From Octopus vulgaris (Eukaryota): a stretch of 64,000 nucleotides of DNA. The translations under genes and the position numbers were made by a program. The DNA lies in contig OX597820.1 in assembly GCA_951406725.2 (NCBI GenBank), positions 100,254,001 to 100,318,000 of the forward strand, read 5' to 3'. A model generated the notes under the pieces. The model did not search any database, was not told where the DNA came from, and worked only from the letters and a program-made list of their open reading frames with translations. Of this stretch, positions 13,460 through 25,109 are shown in pieces (within the stretch, counting starts at the first letter, position 1; every line of letters begins with the position of its first letter).

Positions 13460-14031
13460 AAGTTACCGCTATAATTAAGTGTAACCAGAATTGCTTCTCT
13501 TCGGTATTTCCCATTGATATCGGCTAAAGAGCTACAAACGCGTTTGTAAATCCTACAGGCGGCAGCACTGGACTCATATGGTGTTTTTACACCTTTTAAC
13601 CATAAGAGAGAATTTTTTTCTCCACGGTAACTGCGATGAATTTGTCTTTAGAAGTTGAAATATGTCATAAACATATTTTAACAAAGTTCGCTTATACCTA
13701 AACACTGTTTGGCGCTGATACTGATCTATTTTTTACAAACCTGGCGGTCTAATGGCGCATGTCAGTCAATGTCGTTGTCTGAGTTTTAGTTAAAGCTACG
13801 ACTTTAATTAAGTCTGTCTACAGTTGCCTCTCTTTGGTATTTCCCATTAATAAGAGCTAAAGAGCGAGAAGTACTCCTGGAAACCCGACAGTGAACAGCA
13901 CTGGACAGATACGGTATTTTTACACTTTTTTTACCTTAAGAGAGAATTTTTTTCTCCATGATAACTGCAGTGAATTTGCTTTTAGAAGTTGAAATATGTC
14001 ACAAATATATTTTAACTAAGTTCGCTTATAC
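13460..14031. repeat. Diverged tandem duplication, period ~334 bp
   Basis: 13460-13697 aligns by eye with 13793-14031. Confidence 0.85.
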
Positions 14032-14063
14032 ATATATATATATATCTCTTAAAGTATTTTCAG

Positions 14064-14233
14064 ATGATGGTTGGATTAAAGTATATCTCCTAAAAGCTGG
14101 AGGCAATTGTTGGGCCACGTATACTATAATATACCCGAACGCTGAATATATACGTAATTGTTACAAAAATCTTGGATCAGATTTTTTCAGAAGTCCTTTA
14201 TTGGATAGTTGGAATCAATTACCCCTCAATCAG
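14064..14233 (+). CDS. Gene 1 exon A, uncharacterised mollusc-type extracellular domain protein
   Basis: ttttcag|...CAG|gtaaag; (D)DGWIKVYLLKAGGNCWATYTIIYPNAEYIRNCYKNLGSDFFRSPLLDSWNQLPLNQ; phase 1 in, phase 0 out. Confidence 0.85.
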
Positions 14234-14559
14234 GTAAAGTATATATATATATATATATATATTTATTCTTTACTCAGATAAAAGTATCAGAGCTTGTAAT
14301 CTTAACAAACTTCTTGAGATTGGTGCGACTGTATTAATGTTAATCTTGGACATCTGTAAGTCGGCACCGCTAGAGCGCTGATAGGAATGAACACTGGCAA
14401 AAAAGAACCAGTATGGCAGGTAGTGGGGAGCATAGAATCCGGGGGTGATAGTGTACACAGACATGTCAAAAGTATATAAACAACACACACACATACACAT
14501 GTGCACACACACACACACACATACACATACACACTGGCTATTTTCCCACTCTCCTACCT

Positions 14560-14790
14560 TCAAAAACCACTTTCTCTATCTCTCTCCACTTCCGGTCATT
14601 TCAGCCATGTAATCTCGGACGATTCTTTTTTCCTGCACTCTGGATCTTTCCTCTTTCTGATGAAGCATCATGCTCGAAACGTCACACTACCTCTTTTTCC
14701 CATCTAAACTGAGCGTCAACCCAAGGCATTCACTTTGTACATCCTTTTGTTGTTTTTGTTTTTATCTCTGTTTCTATTTTTTGATTTGGC
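14560..14790 (+). mobile_element. Penelope-type terminal repeat remnant with decayed minimal hammerhead (14657-14683)
   Basis: CTGATGA-agca-tca-tgct-c-GAAAC-GTC; stem I no longer pairs; related to 17268-17305. Confidence 0.6.
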
Positions 14791-14885
14791 CATATATATA
14801 ATTTTGCATATAATTTTATACACATATATATATATATAAAATTATTGCTTTATATGTTTGTTCAGAGTTGCCTCTCTTACGTAAA

Positions 14886-14930
14886 TCTTACTGACAGGAG
14901 TAAAGAAAGTCGAAACATCGATGTCCGGGA
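14886..14930 (+). ncRNA. Degenerate hammerhead ribozyme relic
   Basis: CTGAC...GAAAC-ATCGAT-GTC with palindromic stem III ACATCGATGT; core and stem II mutated. Confidence 0.4.
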
Positions 14931-15004
14931 TTCCTGATAGATGGTGACGCTGAACAAACCGGATGTTTTCACCCTCTTTCTTCCAAATCGATGATAAAAA
15001 TAAG

Positions 15005-15187
15005 GGAATTAATGTAATCGATTATACGCTGAAAGACACTGCCCCCAACTGGTACTTAATTTATCGACCCCTAAAGGATGAAAGGCAAAGCCGAACTCGG
15101 CGGAATTGAACTCAGAACGTAAAACAGACGAAATACTACTAAGCATTTCACCTTGCGTGCTAACGCTTCTGCCAGCTCGCCGCCTTA
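15005..15187 (-). mobile_element. SINE family A
   Basis: Reverse-complement match to 9998-10170. Confidence 0.88.
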
Positions 15188-15996
15188 GTAATAATAACAA
15201 TAGATAATAATATGGATATAAAAGAGTCCAACTTAGAGAATATAAATGATATCAATAGTTATATGGGTAGAGTTTTCCGAGTCCAAATGCTGTTTCTGGA
15301 GGTTTGAGGGCTATAGAGTTAAAGGTTGAGATAGCGAAAAGAGCTATTGGGGGAAATGAGTTGACTGGTTCGGTAGCTAAGTGGGTGAGGAGATAGTCAA
15401 AAGTAGTTGTTAGTGGAACAAAGGAATTGGGCTGGTATTGGAGGTGGGTGTCATGGTAAGGGAAGGAGTGTGAAATTGAATAAAGAAGTGTAGGTAGGAA
15501 AGTTGTACAGGTAGATTGTTTAGTTTTCACAGGAGTGGGATTTTGTTAAGTAATTCACCTGGAACTAACATTTGCCAACAACAAGAAAAATGAACTGGCT
15601 TATCGTTGCCACCGGTGGTACGCTCAATTAATGAACTTCAAACCACTGGCAGCTGACATTCCAAATATACAGCCCTAAGCCTGCCTGTCCCACACAAGGG
15701 CAGGGTTCCACTCGTATAAACTACATCGAGCACATGAATGCAAGAATTAAGGAAATATCTTGTGTAGCTTCCCATAATCAATTTGCTTCAAACCACTCAC
15801 CTGATAATTTAAAATATAGTATTTATAATCTACTTTCATATGGAGTACATTTCAGATGGTGTATATTTCAAAAATTACACACTCACACATACACACGCAT
15901 GTATATTTGTATCTGGTATATACATGTGTGTGTATATATATATATATATATGTATGTATATATATGTGTGTGTGTGTAAGTATATATATATATATA

Positions 15997-16294
15997 TCAC
16001 CGTGATCACCATGACCGACCAGGCTATCAGATGTTGCTACACATCGCTGGTCACAATGCGCTTCGCATTGTTTTAGCCTTCAAATGACGCCATCTCACTG
16101 GCTAAGCGAGCAGGCCTACAGGAGAAAGAGTGAGAGAAAGTTGTGGCGAAAGAGTACAGCAGGGTTCGCCACCACCCCTGCCGGAGCCTCGTGGAGCTTT
16201 AGGTCTTTTCGCTCACAACGCCCGGTCTGGGAATCGAAACTGCGATCTTCCGACCGCGAGTCCGCTGCCCTAACCACTGGGCCATTGCGCCTCC
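15997..16294 (-). mobile_element. tRNA-derived SINE family C in (TA)n
   Basis: Head ggaggcgcaatggcccagtggttagggcagcggactcgcggtcg...tttcgattccc with A/B boxes; same head at 17900-17976. Confidence 0.85.
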
Positions 16295-16336
<42 letters not shown>

Positions 16337-17435
16337 CTCTTGCTCTCTTTGCCATTCCCTGTACATCGGACAAACGGGACGCCGCTTGGCTGACCGGTTC
16401 GCGGAACACCTCCGTGACATCCGCCTTGCGAACGACACACCGGTCTCACGCCATTTCCGCTCCACCGGTCACTCCTTGCAACACCTGTCTGTGTTCGGTT
16501 TGTCCTTACACAGAGGCCATCCGGATTCCCGTTTGCGCCGTGAACAGGAATTAATCTTCTCTCTTCGCTCTTATACGCCATTTGGTCTCAACTCTCCCCC
16601 CTCCTCATCTAACCTCCCCCGACCCCTACTTCTCTTCAGTCCTTCATCCTTTCACGCCTACTCCTCTTCCCTTCTTCCCTCTTTCTCCCTCCATCCTTCT
16701 TCCCTCTTCCTCTTCCCTCTTTCTCTCTGCTCCCTCACTCCCCTTCTCTCTCTCCCCCTCTCCCTCTATTCTCCATCCTCCTCTCCCCTCCTCTTCTCCT
16801 CTCCTTCCTTCTCCCCTTCTCTCCCCTCCTCTTCTCCTCTCCTTCCTTCTCCCGCTTCTCCCTCCTCTTCTCCCCTTTCCTTCTCCCCTCTTCTCCCCTT
16901 TCTTTCTCCCCTTTCTCCCCTTTCCTTCTCCCCTCTTCTCCCCTTTCTTTCTCCCCATCCCCCCCCCTTCCCCTCTCCCCCCCTCTTCCCTCATCTCCTC
17001 TCTCTACACTACACCATACGACTTTACACATCACATCATATATACATACACACGTCCAGACCTCTCATACGCACTAATACTCTCTCATACACACACACAC
17101 ACTCTTATGTTGGAGCGAGGTCATTTAACCCTATTATCTCCCCTAATTTCGCTCTTACGTCTCACGTTTGATCTTTGACTTCTGGCCGAAATCAGATCGC
17201 CATGTTGATTCGCTAGCCTCTGCACGCATTTTTTTCTCTCCTTCTTTCTGTGTTTCTTCTCTGTGTATCTTTCTGTTGAAGAGCGTAGGCTCGAAACGTT
17301 AAAGACTTGTTTTATTTATATTTCCTGAGCGCCATACTAATACAATTGTTTGTTTGTATTCCACCTGCCTTCGTCTTTTGTTTATTTCCGTAAACCTGCC
17401 TTCGTCTTTTGTCTATTTTCATAAAGCTTCCCGTT
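16337..17435 (+). mobile_element. Penelope-like element 3' part: GIY-YIG C-terminus, polypyrimidine tract, terminal repeat with hammerhead
   Basis: CSLCHSLYIGQTGRRLADRFAEHLRDIR..PVSRHF..GH..REQELIFSLRSYTPFGLN; inserted between (TG)n and (TA)n. Confidence 0.92.
17268..17305 (+). ncRNA. Minimal type I hammerhead, variant core (CUGUUGA)
   Basis: TCTTT-CTGTTGA-A-GAGC-gtag-GCTC-GAAAC-GTT-AAAGA; stems I and II pair. Confidence 0.65.
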
Positions 17436-17545
17436 ATATATATATATATATATATATTAAAGAAACACTCATTATCGCTATGGGCTCCGTGTTGGCAGTC
17501 ATCTAAACGTTTTTGTGCATCTTGATGCTGACATAAGTTCCTTAC

Positions 17546-17628
17546 TTTTCCTGATGAGAAGGCGGCATAATGCACCCCTTATTCCTTCGAAATTAGGAAT
17601 ATGCAGCCTTCGAAACATATGTCGAAAA
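17546..17628 (+). ncRNA. Type I hammerhead ribozyme with intact core
   Basis: TTTTC-CTGATGA-GAAGGCgGCATA...TATGCaGCCTTC-GAAAC-ATAT-GTC-GAAAA; all core nucleotides canonical. Confidence 0.85.
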
Positions 17629-17707
17629 TAAAATAAAGGAATTTTGTTAATTCGTCGTTCAACTCCATTCTTTCATTTATTTGTATATATATATATATGC
17701 ATATGTA

Positions 17708-17750
<43 letters not shown>

Positions 17751-17778
17751 AGTAGCGGTAACACAACGTGATGCATAT

Positions 17779-17849
<71 letters not shown>

Positions 17850-17851
17850 GT

Positions 17852-17899
<48 letters not shown>

Positions 17900-17901
<2 letters not shown>

Positions 17902-17974
17902 AGGCGCAATGGCACAGTGGTTAGGGCAGCGGACTCGCGGTCGGAGGATCGCGGATTCGATTCCCAGACCGGGC

Positions 17975-17976
<2 letters not shown>
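17900..17976 (+). mobile_element. Isolated tRNA-like head of SINE family C
   Basis: Near-identical to the head of 15997-16294; sits between (TG)n and (TA)n. Confidence 0.8.
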
Positions 17977-18018
<42 letters not shown>

Positions 18019-18519
18019 AAAATGGAGATAAAATTGATAATTAATAAACATTGTATCATATATATATATACGTGTGTAAAATAGTTGTTATATTATAAAT
18101 ATATATAAAAATATGTTTTTCTTAAGTTTACGTATATATGTAGCTAATGTCATTATTTATTTAAACTGTCATATTTATTATTATATATTTATACTTATAC
18201 ATACTTACATATATTTATATATGTTTATATTTTTGATACAACAATTATTTTACACACGTATATATCTGATACAAGTTTATATTTTTATTAAAAATAAATA
18301 AGGTTGCTTTATATATTGTTATATGTTCATATCTATGCGTACGCGTAGGTATACGTATTGATATGGGGGTCAGCTCAGTTCAGAAAATAGAGTGCTGCGA
18401 CCTGCTTTTGTGATTTGGCGTCAAGCAGACGGGTAAATCTTTTGTTATGCTAGTTTCTGGGGAGGTTTATGCATTCGGAGGAGACCTTTGGCCCTGTGCC
18501 GGTCAAGGAAAGTTTAAGA

Positions 18520-18988
18520 GACCACGCCTTAAAATATGAATCCAAACGAATAGAATTCCCAGTGAAGCTTTGCTTCGCAATGTCTATTAATAAAGCTCAA
18601 GGTCAGACTTTCAAATCTACTGGCTTGCACTTAACTGGGCCTTTCTTTTCTCATGGTCAACTTTATGTTGATTGTTCCAGGGTTGGTAGTTTGCAAAGAC
18701 ATTTGTCTATGCTCCAAACCAGAAAACAAAGAAGGTTGTTTACCCAGAAGCTCTTACGTAATTTCCTTCAACATATGTGATAGAATTTACCTCTCTTCAT
18801 AAAAGTGATAAATTTTGTATTTTCGTTTATTATTATTATTATTATTGTTTTGTATTATGAATTGATTTCCCAATCGAAGAATAAATTGAATTTAGAATAA
18901 CAAATTTCTATACAACATATTTTGCTTTTTTCTTCCAATATATAAGAAACGGTTTCATTTCCGGGCAACGCCAGGGTTCCTCTGCTAG
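18520..18988 (+). mobile_element. Helitron 3' end (PIF1 helicase C-terminus, subterminal hairpin, CTAG terminus)
   Basis: KRIEFPVKLCFAMSINKAQGQT..FFSHGQLYVDCSRV; ccgggcaacgccaggg followed by CTAG|T at 18985-18989. Confidence 0.9.
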
Positions 18989-19038
<50 letters not shown>

Positions 19039-19330
19039 CGGGTACCTGCTTGCATGTAAATGGATATGTTAATGTCTAAGTTAATTGATAAATCATAGAT
19101 TGTTAATTAAATTTACCAACTAAAATATATTACGTATTAAGATAAGTAAAAGAAAAGTAAATAATTCTTTGTTTATATGGTACTTGCTCTATGTTATCAT
19201 TATTTTATCACTAAAATCTAATTTCAGGATGAAAACTATTTTAAATTGTGGCTGTGTATTGTTACTATTTTAGATATCACTAAACAAACATTTAATATGG
19301 AAAAGTGACACACCAATTTCTAATTTGCAG

Positions 19331-19497
19331 GTGAAATTGGTGATTTATAAAAATAACAAAGCTGTAGTCACGATGATATTTAATGGAAAAAACTCAACCC
19401 TTGGATCCGTGTTTTCTATCAACAGAGTTGTTTCGTCACCTTGGAATGATTTAACTCCAGCAACTACTTCTCTTATGTTTGGTTTAAATGTTTGGCA
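19331..19497 (+). CDS. Gene 1 exon B
   Basis: taatttgcag|...|gtaagt; VKLVIYKNNKAVVTMIFNGKNSTLGSVFSINRVVSSPWNDLTPATTSLMFGLNVW; phase 0 in, phase 2 out. Confidence 0.88.
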
Positions 19498-19533
19498 GTA
19501 AGTATTAAACATGAAATGTGTGTGTGTGTGCGT

Positions 19534-19564
<31 letters not shown>

Positions 19565-20164
19565 GCTTACTGTACTGTTATCAACAAAAAAAGTACTCCA
19601 TCCAGTAAGAGATGAATATCATTTAATATACACCGTTTAAAAAAGAGATACTAATAGTTTCATGCTGTAGAAATGCAAAAATTTGGCAGACTTATGTAAC
19701 ATGCCATGTGTCTCTAAACAATATTTCAAACCCAGTTCATACTGTTATATTTATTTGAATACCAAGATGCTGGTCTATGAGAAAACATGAGAAAAAAGAA
19801 CAGGAAAAAAAATGCGAAGAAGATTGATGCAAAATGTAGAACGAGAAGAAAGGAAAGAAAACCAAGACCTTCGTTCTCTTCAGCTGTATAAATTGTATTT
19901 AATCTAACTTGTGTTGGATGATATAGCAGAAAGGAGACCAAAATCTGTGAGATAACTACTCAATCCAGAGAGTGGTGTCCTCCAGTTCGGCAAAAGAAAC
20001 TTGTCCATATGCTTGCATTTTCAAAAATTTCGGATCTGGAATTAAGCAGTATGACGGAATTGTTGGGTATAAAAAGAATGTGCTCTCTTTCAGCAATGCA
20101 TAACATGCATCTTTTTTATCCATTTATATATGGAATAGATTTGTCCACGATTCTCCTATTAATT

Positions 20165-20330
20165 GTGTGTGGTCTGCTGTTGGTTTTCAGTTACTTCCCA
20201 ACCATATGGCTCCTGGTTCAATCCCACTCCGTGGCACATTGGGCAGATGTCTTCAACTATAGTCCTAGAACCGTCTAAAGCCTGATGAGTATTTTTTATA
20301 GAGGATAAACTACAAGAAGCTCGTCGTATA

Positions 20331-20378
<48 letters not shown>

Positions 20379-20562
20379 TTTGTTCCCTACCACCGCTTGG
20401 CAACTTGTGTTGGTGTGTTTACGTCCCAGTAGCTTAGTTGTTCGGCAAAGGTAACCGATAGAATAAGTATCAAGCTTCAAAAAAGTCCTGGGGTCGATTT
20501 GTTCGACTAAGGCGGTGCCCCAACATGGCCGCAGTTAAATGATTGAAACAAGTAAAAGATAG
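20165..20562 (+). mobile_element. SINE family B (tRNA-derived head, internal microsatellite), diverged
   Basis: cttcccaaccatatgg...gtcgtat(TG)n...ggtgtgtttacgtccc...aatgattgaaacaagtaaaaga. Confidence 0.85.
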
Positions 20563-20629
20563 AATATAATTACACAATTCATGTTGATTATTGTAATAAG
20601 TTTTTCCAACCCCCTTTATATTTTAACAG

Positions 20630-20787
20630 ACCGAGAAAATTTTATTTTGCGAATGTCCACTATTCATGCACTAGTGATACCGGCTGGTTATTCGTATCAC
20701 AAAGTCATTTGTGTTCTTATGACTCGGCACTTGTTTTTCCAAAGATTTTGTATTCAAAAACAACATCTTCTACTAACTGGAATACAG
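20630..20787 (+). CDS. Gene 1 exon C
   Basis: ttttaacag|...G|gtaagt; (Q)PRKFYFANVHYSCTSDTGWLFVSQSHLCSYDSALVFPKILYSKTTSSTNWNT; phase 2 in, phase 1 out. Confidence 0.88.
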
Positions 20788-21483
20788 GTAAGTCCTAATA
20801 TTAAAGTAGCTTACATTTATACTAAATAACCATGCATAGAACAAATTTGATTATAGTAACTTCAACGGAACGAATACATTGCGTCGGAAAACTTTGCTAC
20901 GATAAAGGTTTTTATACAAGTTTGCGTTGAAGAGAAAGACCATTTTTCGGAGAAATATGGAAAGTTGCCTGCAGTTTTCCAGATCAGAGTCATGTTTTTT
21001 TTTAATTTTTCAATTTTTCTCAAATTATCCGTTTCTTCGCCTGCTGTTGTTTTTGTTATGTTGTGCCTTCCGACGGCTGAATTAGGAATTTAGCTCCTAT
21101 TTCTAAACAGGTTGATGCTTTTTCCGCATCCTCATGCCTTGTGCTAACATTGAATTATACACACACATATATATATATATATATACATACGGGCCATGTC
21201 CAGTTTTACCACCTGTGAAGGATCAGTGCACTTATGTCAAATAATGGAATTAAACGGCTGCGTTTGGGTATTTTCATTGCACCTGAAACACGACTGAATT
21301 CGTCAGGAGAATATGCGAGAGACCATCCAAGTTTGCTCTAAGTTGAATTTTCTCATTTTTATAAAATTGTCGACCCTTACGCTTCTTGAATGTATTCGGC
21401 GAGTGTACTTCCTAAAATGTTGCAGCTTTAGTCACAAATAAGTCAGTAAGTGTTGAGAAGTCGATCCATGTTCGCATGGGCAA

Positions 21484-21698
21484 TAAAGGAGATGAAAAGT
21501 TCCTGGCTTTTGACAAAAGAAAATACAGGAGGATCAATTAATTATGATTTCATTCAACATACTCCCCTCACAGGTTCACACATTTATTGTAGCAGTCCTT
21601 CAGTTTTTCTAAGCCTTGTAAATGAACTCGGAAGGTCGGGCCTCCACCAAGCCTTTTGCAGTAACCTTAAAGCCAGGAACTTTTCAGCACTCCCTCAT
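21484..21698. mobile_element. Mariner-derived MITE
   Basis: Inverted repeats tgaaaagttcctggcttt (21493-21510) and aaagccaggaacttttca (21669-21686); right end ccctcaTA. Confidence 0.75.
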
Positions 21699-23493
21699 AT
21701 GTTTTAAAGTAACTCTTTTCCTTTTATAGAAATATTTTAGATCGTGATTCTAGACTGAGAAAATCTGAGAACCATAGTTCAAATCTCAACTGGGTTCTCA
21801 CTACAATGCAAACCTTTTATTTTAAAGTGAGCTAAAATAAAACCTTCCATAAAAAATGTCATCTTAATTTATGTTCCAGACACTAGCTTAATAGAAAGTT
21901 GTTTTACTTAAGATTTCCTTATTTCAAAATTAATTGAAACAATGACAGTGTATTTCAACTGAGATATATTAACAAAAAATTTGTGACAGACACGTCGGTG
22001 ATATTTTTGGTGTTAGACATTCAAATTTATTCCCACTACAAAACATTGCAGGATAAAAACAAGCTCTCTGTGAGCTGGATCAAGATTTAATTCCGTATCG
22101 ATCCATTTCTCATCCCTCCTGCTACTAACTTTAGAAATATAACGAGGTTTGATGGGTAATTAGATATTGTTTAGGCTGCGTATTGTTCCCTATAAAACCA
22201 AGTTAACACAAAAATTCGTGTAGTAATTTCCCAACACTGCGTAAAGATGTTCATGCATTACAATTAATGAAAATACTAAGATGGGAATTGAATATGACCT
22301 GCAAAGAAAATGTCTGTTTGAAGTTTAACACTTAGGCTGGTTTTGACATATTAAGCAAATATACAGGTGCCATGTCTTGTCTTCCTTTTCGATATCCTCG
22401 ACTGAATATGCATCGTTAGTTTCGGGCCTTGTGCCTAGAGTAGAAAAGAATATGCATCGTTAGAACAGTTATATAGAAAGAGTGTAACTCGAACCTCGAC
22501 CCAAAACATTCTAAAATTGGCGAGACTGGTGAACGTAATACCGATTCGCATGTCTTGACACTCTGCGACATTAGCACCTTTATTAACTGTATTTGCTCAC
22601 GGGAAGTTCCAGACATGCTAAAGAACTATCACGTGAACAACAGCTGTTGTTTGAACAAAATTTCGATGATTACGCACATAACCAAACAATGATTGAATTG
22701 TAATTTGAAATTCGTATGAGACAAAGGGAATGTTCAAATCTAGTGTTACAGAAGGAAAGACATAAACATGATATGAGTCCCGGACATAATAGAAGTAAAC
22801 TTCTGGCGAGCTACACGCATAATCTAGTTCTGATATCTGGTTTCGACTGAGAAAGACAAAAGGCATTATGTAATCTTATTTCTCATCATATGAATCTGAG
22901 ACCTTGTTTCTTTTATTTAGGAAATAATCCATATAGACTTCTGTAACAAATTTTAATATTCTTCTATTTTTGTTTGAAATGTCACCAGTGATAGCGTTCT
23001 GAACTTAATGTCTAACAGTATTTTGTTTTGTCTCTGTGCACTTGGTTGGAATCCTTCGGAAGATGAAGAGCTCTTAAATATATGCAATTTTGATAACCAG
23101 GCGGAGTTATCGAGTCTTTAGATTACTCCCTACTCCTAAACATATATGATGTGAGAAATGCATTTTAGCACTCTGTCACAATGTCGATTACTAATATTTT
23201 GATAAGTTTTGTTTCACTCTAGTTGGTAATGTGTGTTGAATTGTCTTACTTAATTGCAGTTAAATTTCAAAATAAAACAAAACAAACAGAGGTGGTCTTT
23301 ATCTTTTCTATAAGACCATTAAGATATTTCTAAGAATTTATATAAAATAACAACCGTGACTAATATTTTAATATGAACTCATTTGTTATTTACGCTTAAC
23401 GGTTACTTTATCACATAGTATTAGTTTATTTGCATTTTATATTTAGTTTATTTACTATTTTGTTTTGTTTCACATTTTCATCTTATTTTTCAG

Positions 23494-23540
23494 AATACGA
23501 AACTGGCGACTATTTGGCACTATACATCAACTTATTATGA
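23494..23540 (+). CDS. Gene 1 terminal coding exon
   Basis: ttatttttcag|(E)YETGDYLALYINLL*; phase matches exon C; AATAAA at 23665 and further downstream. Confidence 0.82.
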
Positions 23541-23892
23541 GAAAGAATATCACCAAAGACTGTTATTGTTGTTTCAACGTTTGAATGAAGCAAAACTAAT
23601 ATTTCAATTAGTTTTCATTCGATACAATAATTCAAACATATATGATTGAAATATTAATTATATCAATAAATTCGAATTAAATGTAACAATAAATTATATA
23701 AATTGAATGAAAAATACGAATTATATATATAACCAATGCACCGGATATTTTTTATGTAAGTAGCGATATATCTTAGCACATATTGCAAATTATTTGACCA
23801 ATAAAACAGGATTACTGTATTTTCAATCTCGTAGGAATTATAGCAAATTTTTCATTGTTACTTGTTCAATGCAAAGAATCTAGCTAAAAATA

Positions 23893-24698
23893 CTCTTTTA
23901 ATTGTTTCAGTCATGTTGGAGCACCGCCTTTAGATTAGCGAATTGACCCCAGGACTTATTCTTTGTAAGCCTAGTACTTATTCTATCGGTCTCGTTTGCC
24001 GAACCGCTAAGTTACGGGGACGTAAACACACCAGCATCGGTTGTCAAGCGATGTTGGGGGAGACAAATACAGACACACAAACATATATACACGCACATAC
24101 ATATATATATACACACACACACACATATATATATACACACACACACATATATATATATACACACACACATATATATATATACACACACACATATATATAT
24201 ATACACACACACACATATATATATACACACACACATATATATATACACACACACACATATATATATATACACACACACACATATATATACACACATATAT
24301 ATATATATACACACACACATATATATACACACACACATATATATATATACACACACACATATATATATACACACACACACACATATATATATATACACAC
24401 ACACATATATATACACACACACACATATATATATACACACACACACATATATATATACACACACACACATATATATACACACACACACATATATATATAC
24501 ACACACACACACATATATATATACACACACACACATATATATATACACACACACACATATATATATACACACACACACATATATATACACACACACACAC
24601 ATATATATATACACACACACACATATATATACACACACACACATATATATATACACACACACACATATATATATATACACACACACACATATATATAT

Positions 24699-24748
<50 letters not shown>

Positions 24749-24912
24749 GACGGGCTTCTTTCAGTTTCCGTCCATAAAATCCACTCACAAGGCTTTGGTC
24801 GGCCCGAGGCTGTAGTAGAAGACACTTGCCCAAGGTGCCACGCAGTGGGTCTGAACCCGGATCCATGTGGTTCGTAAGCAAGTTACTTACCACACAGCCA
24901 CTCCTACGCCCA
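23893..24912 (-). mobile_element. SINE family B with internal (TA/CA)n expanded to ~670 bp
   Basis: Both SINE halves intact around the 24080-24747 compound microsatellite. Confidence 0.92.
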
Positions 24913-25109
24913 TACTATTAATTTTGATTGTGTTGTTTTGAATACTACTTCCTTTTATAGTCAACACACACACACATACACACACACCACGCACATACAC
25001 ATGCACACACATACACACACATCACGCACATACACATGCACACACATACACACACACATCACGCACATACACATGCACACACTATACACACACACACACA
25101 TATATATAA

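Noticed and set aside
17900-17976. Functional tRNA gene (also 46483-46555 and 42402-42474)
   Set aside because: Acceptor stems pair poorly and the sequences are heads of repeated elements.
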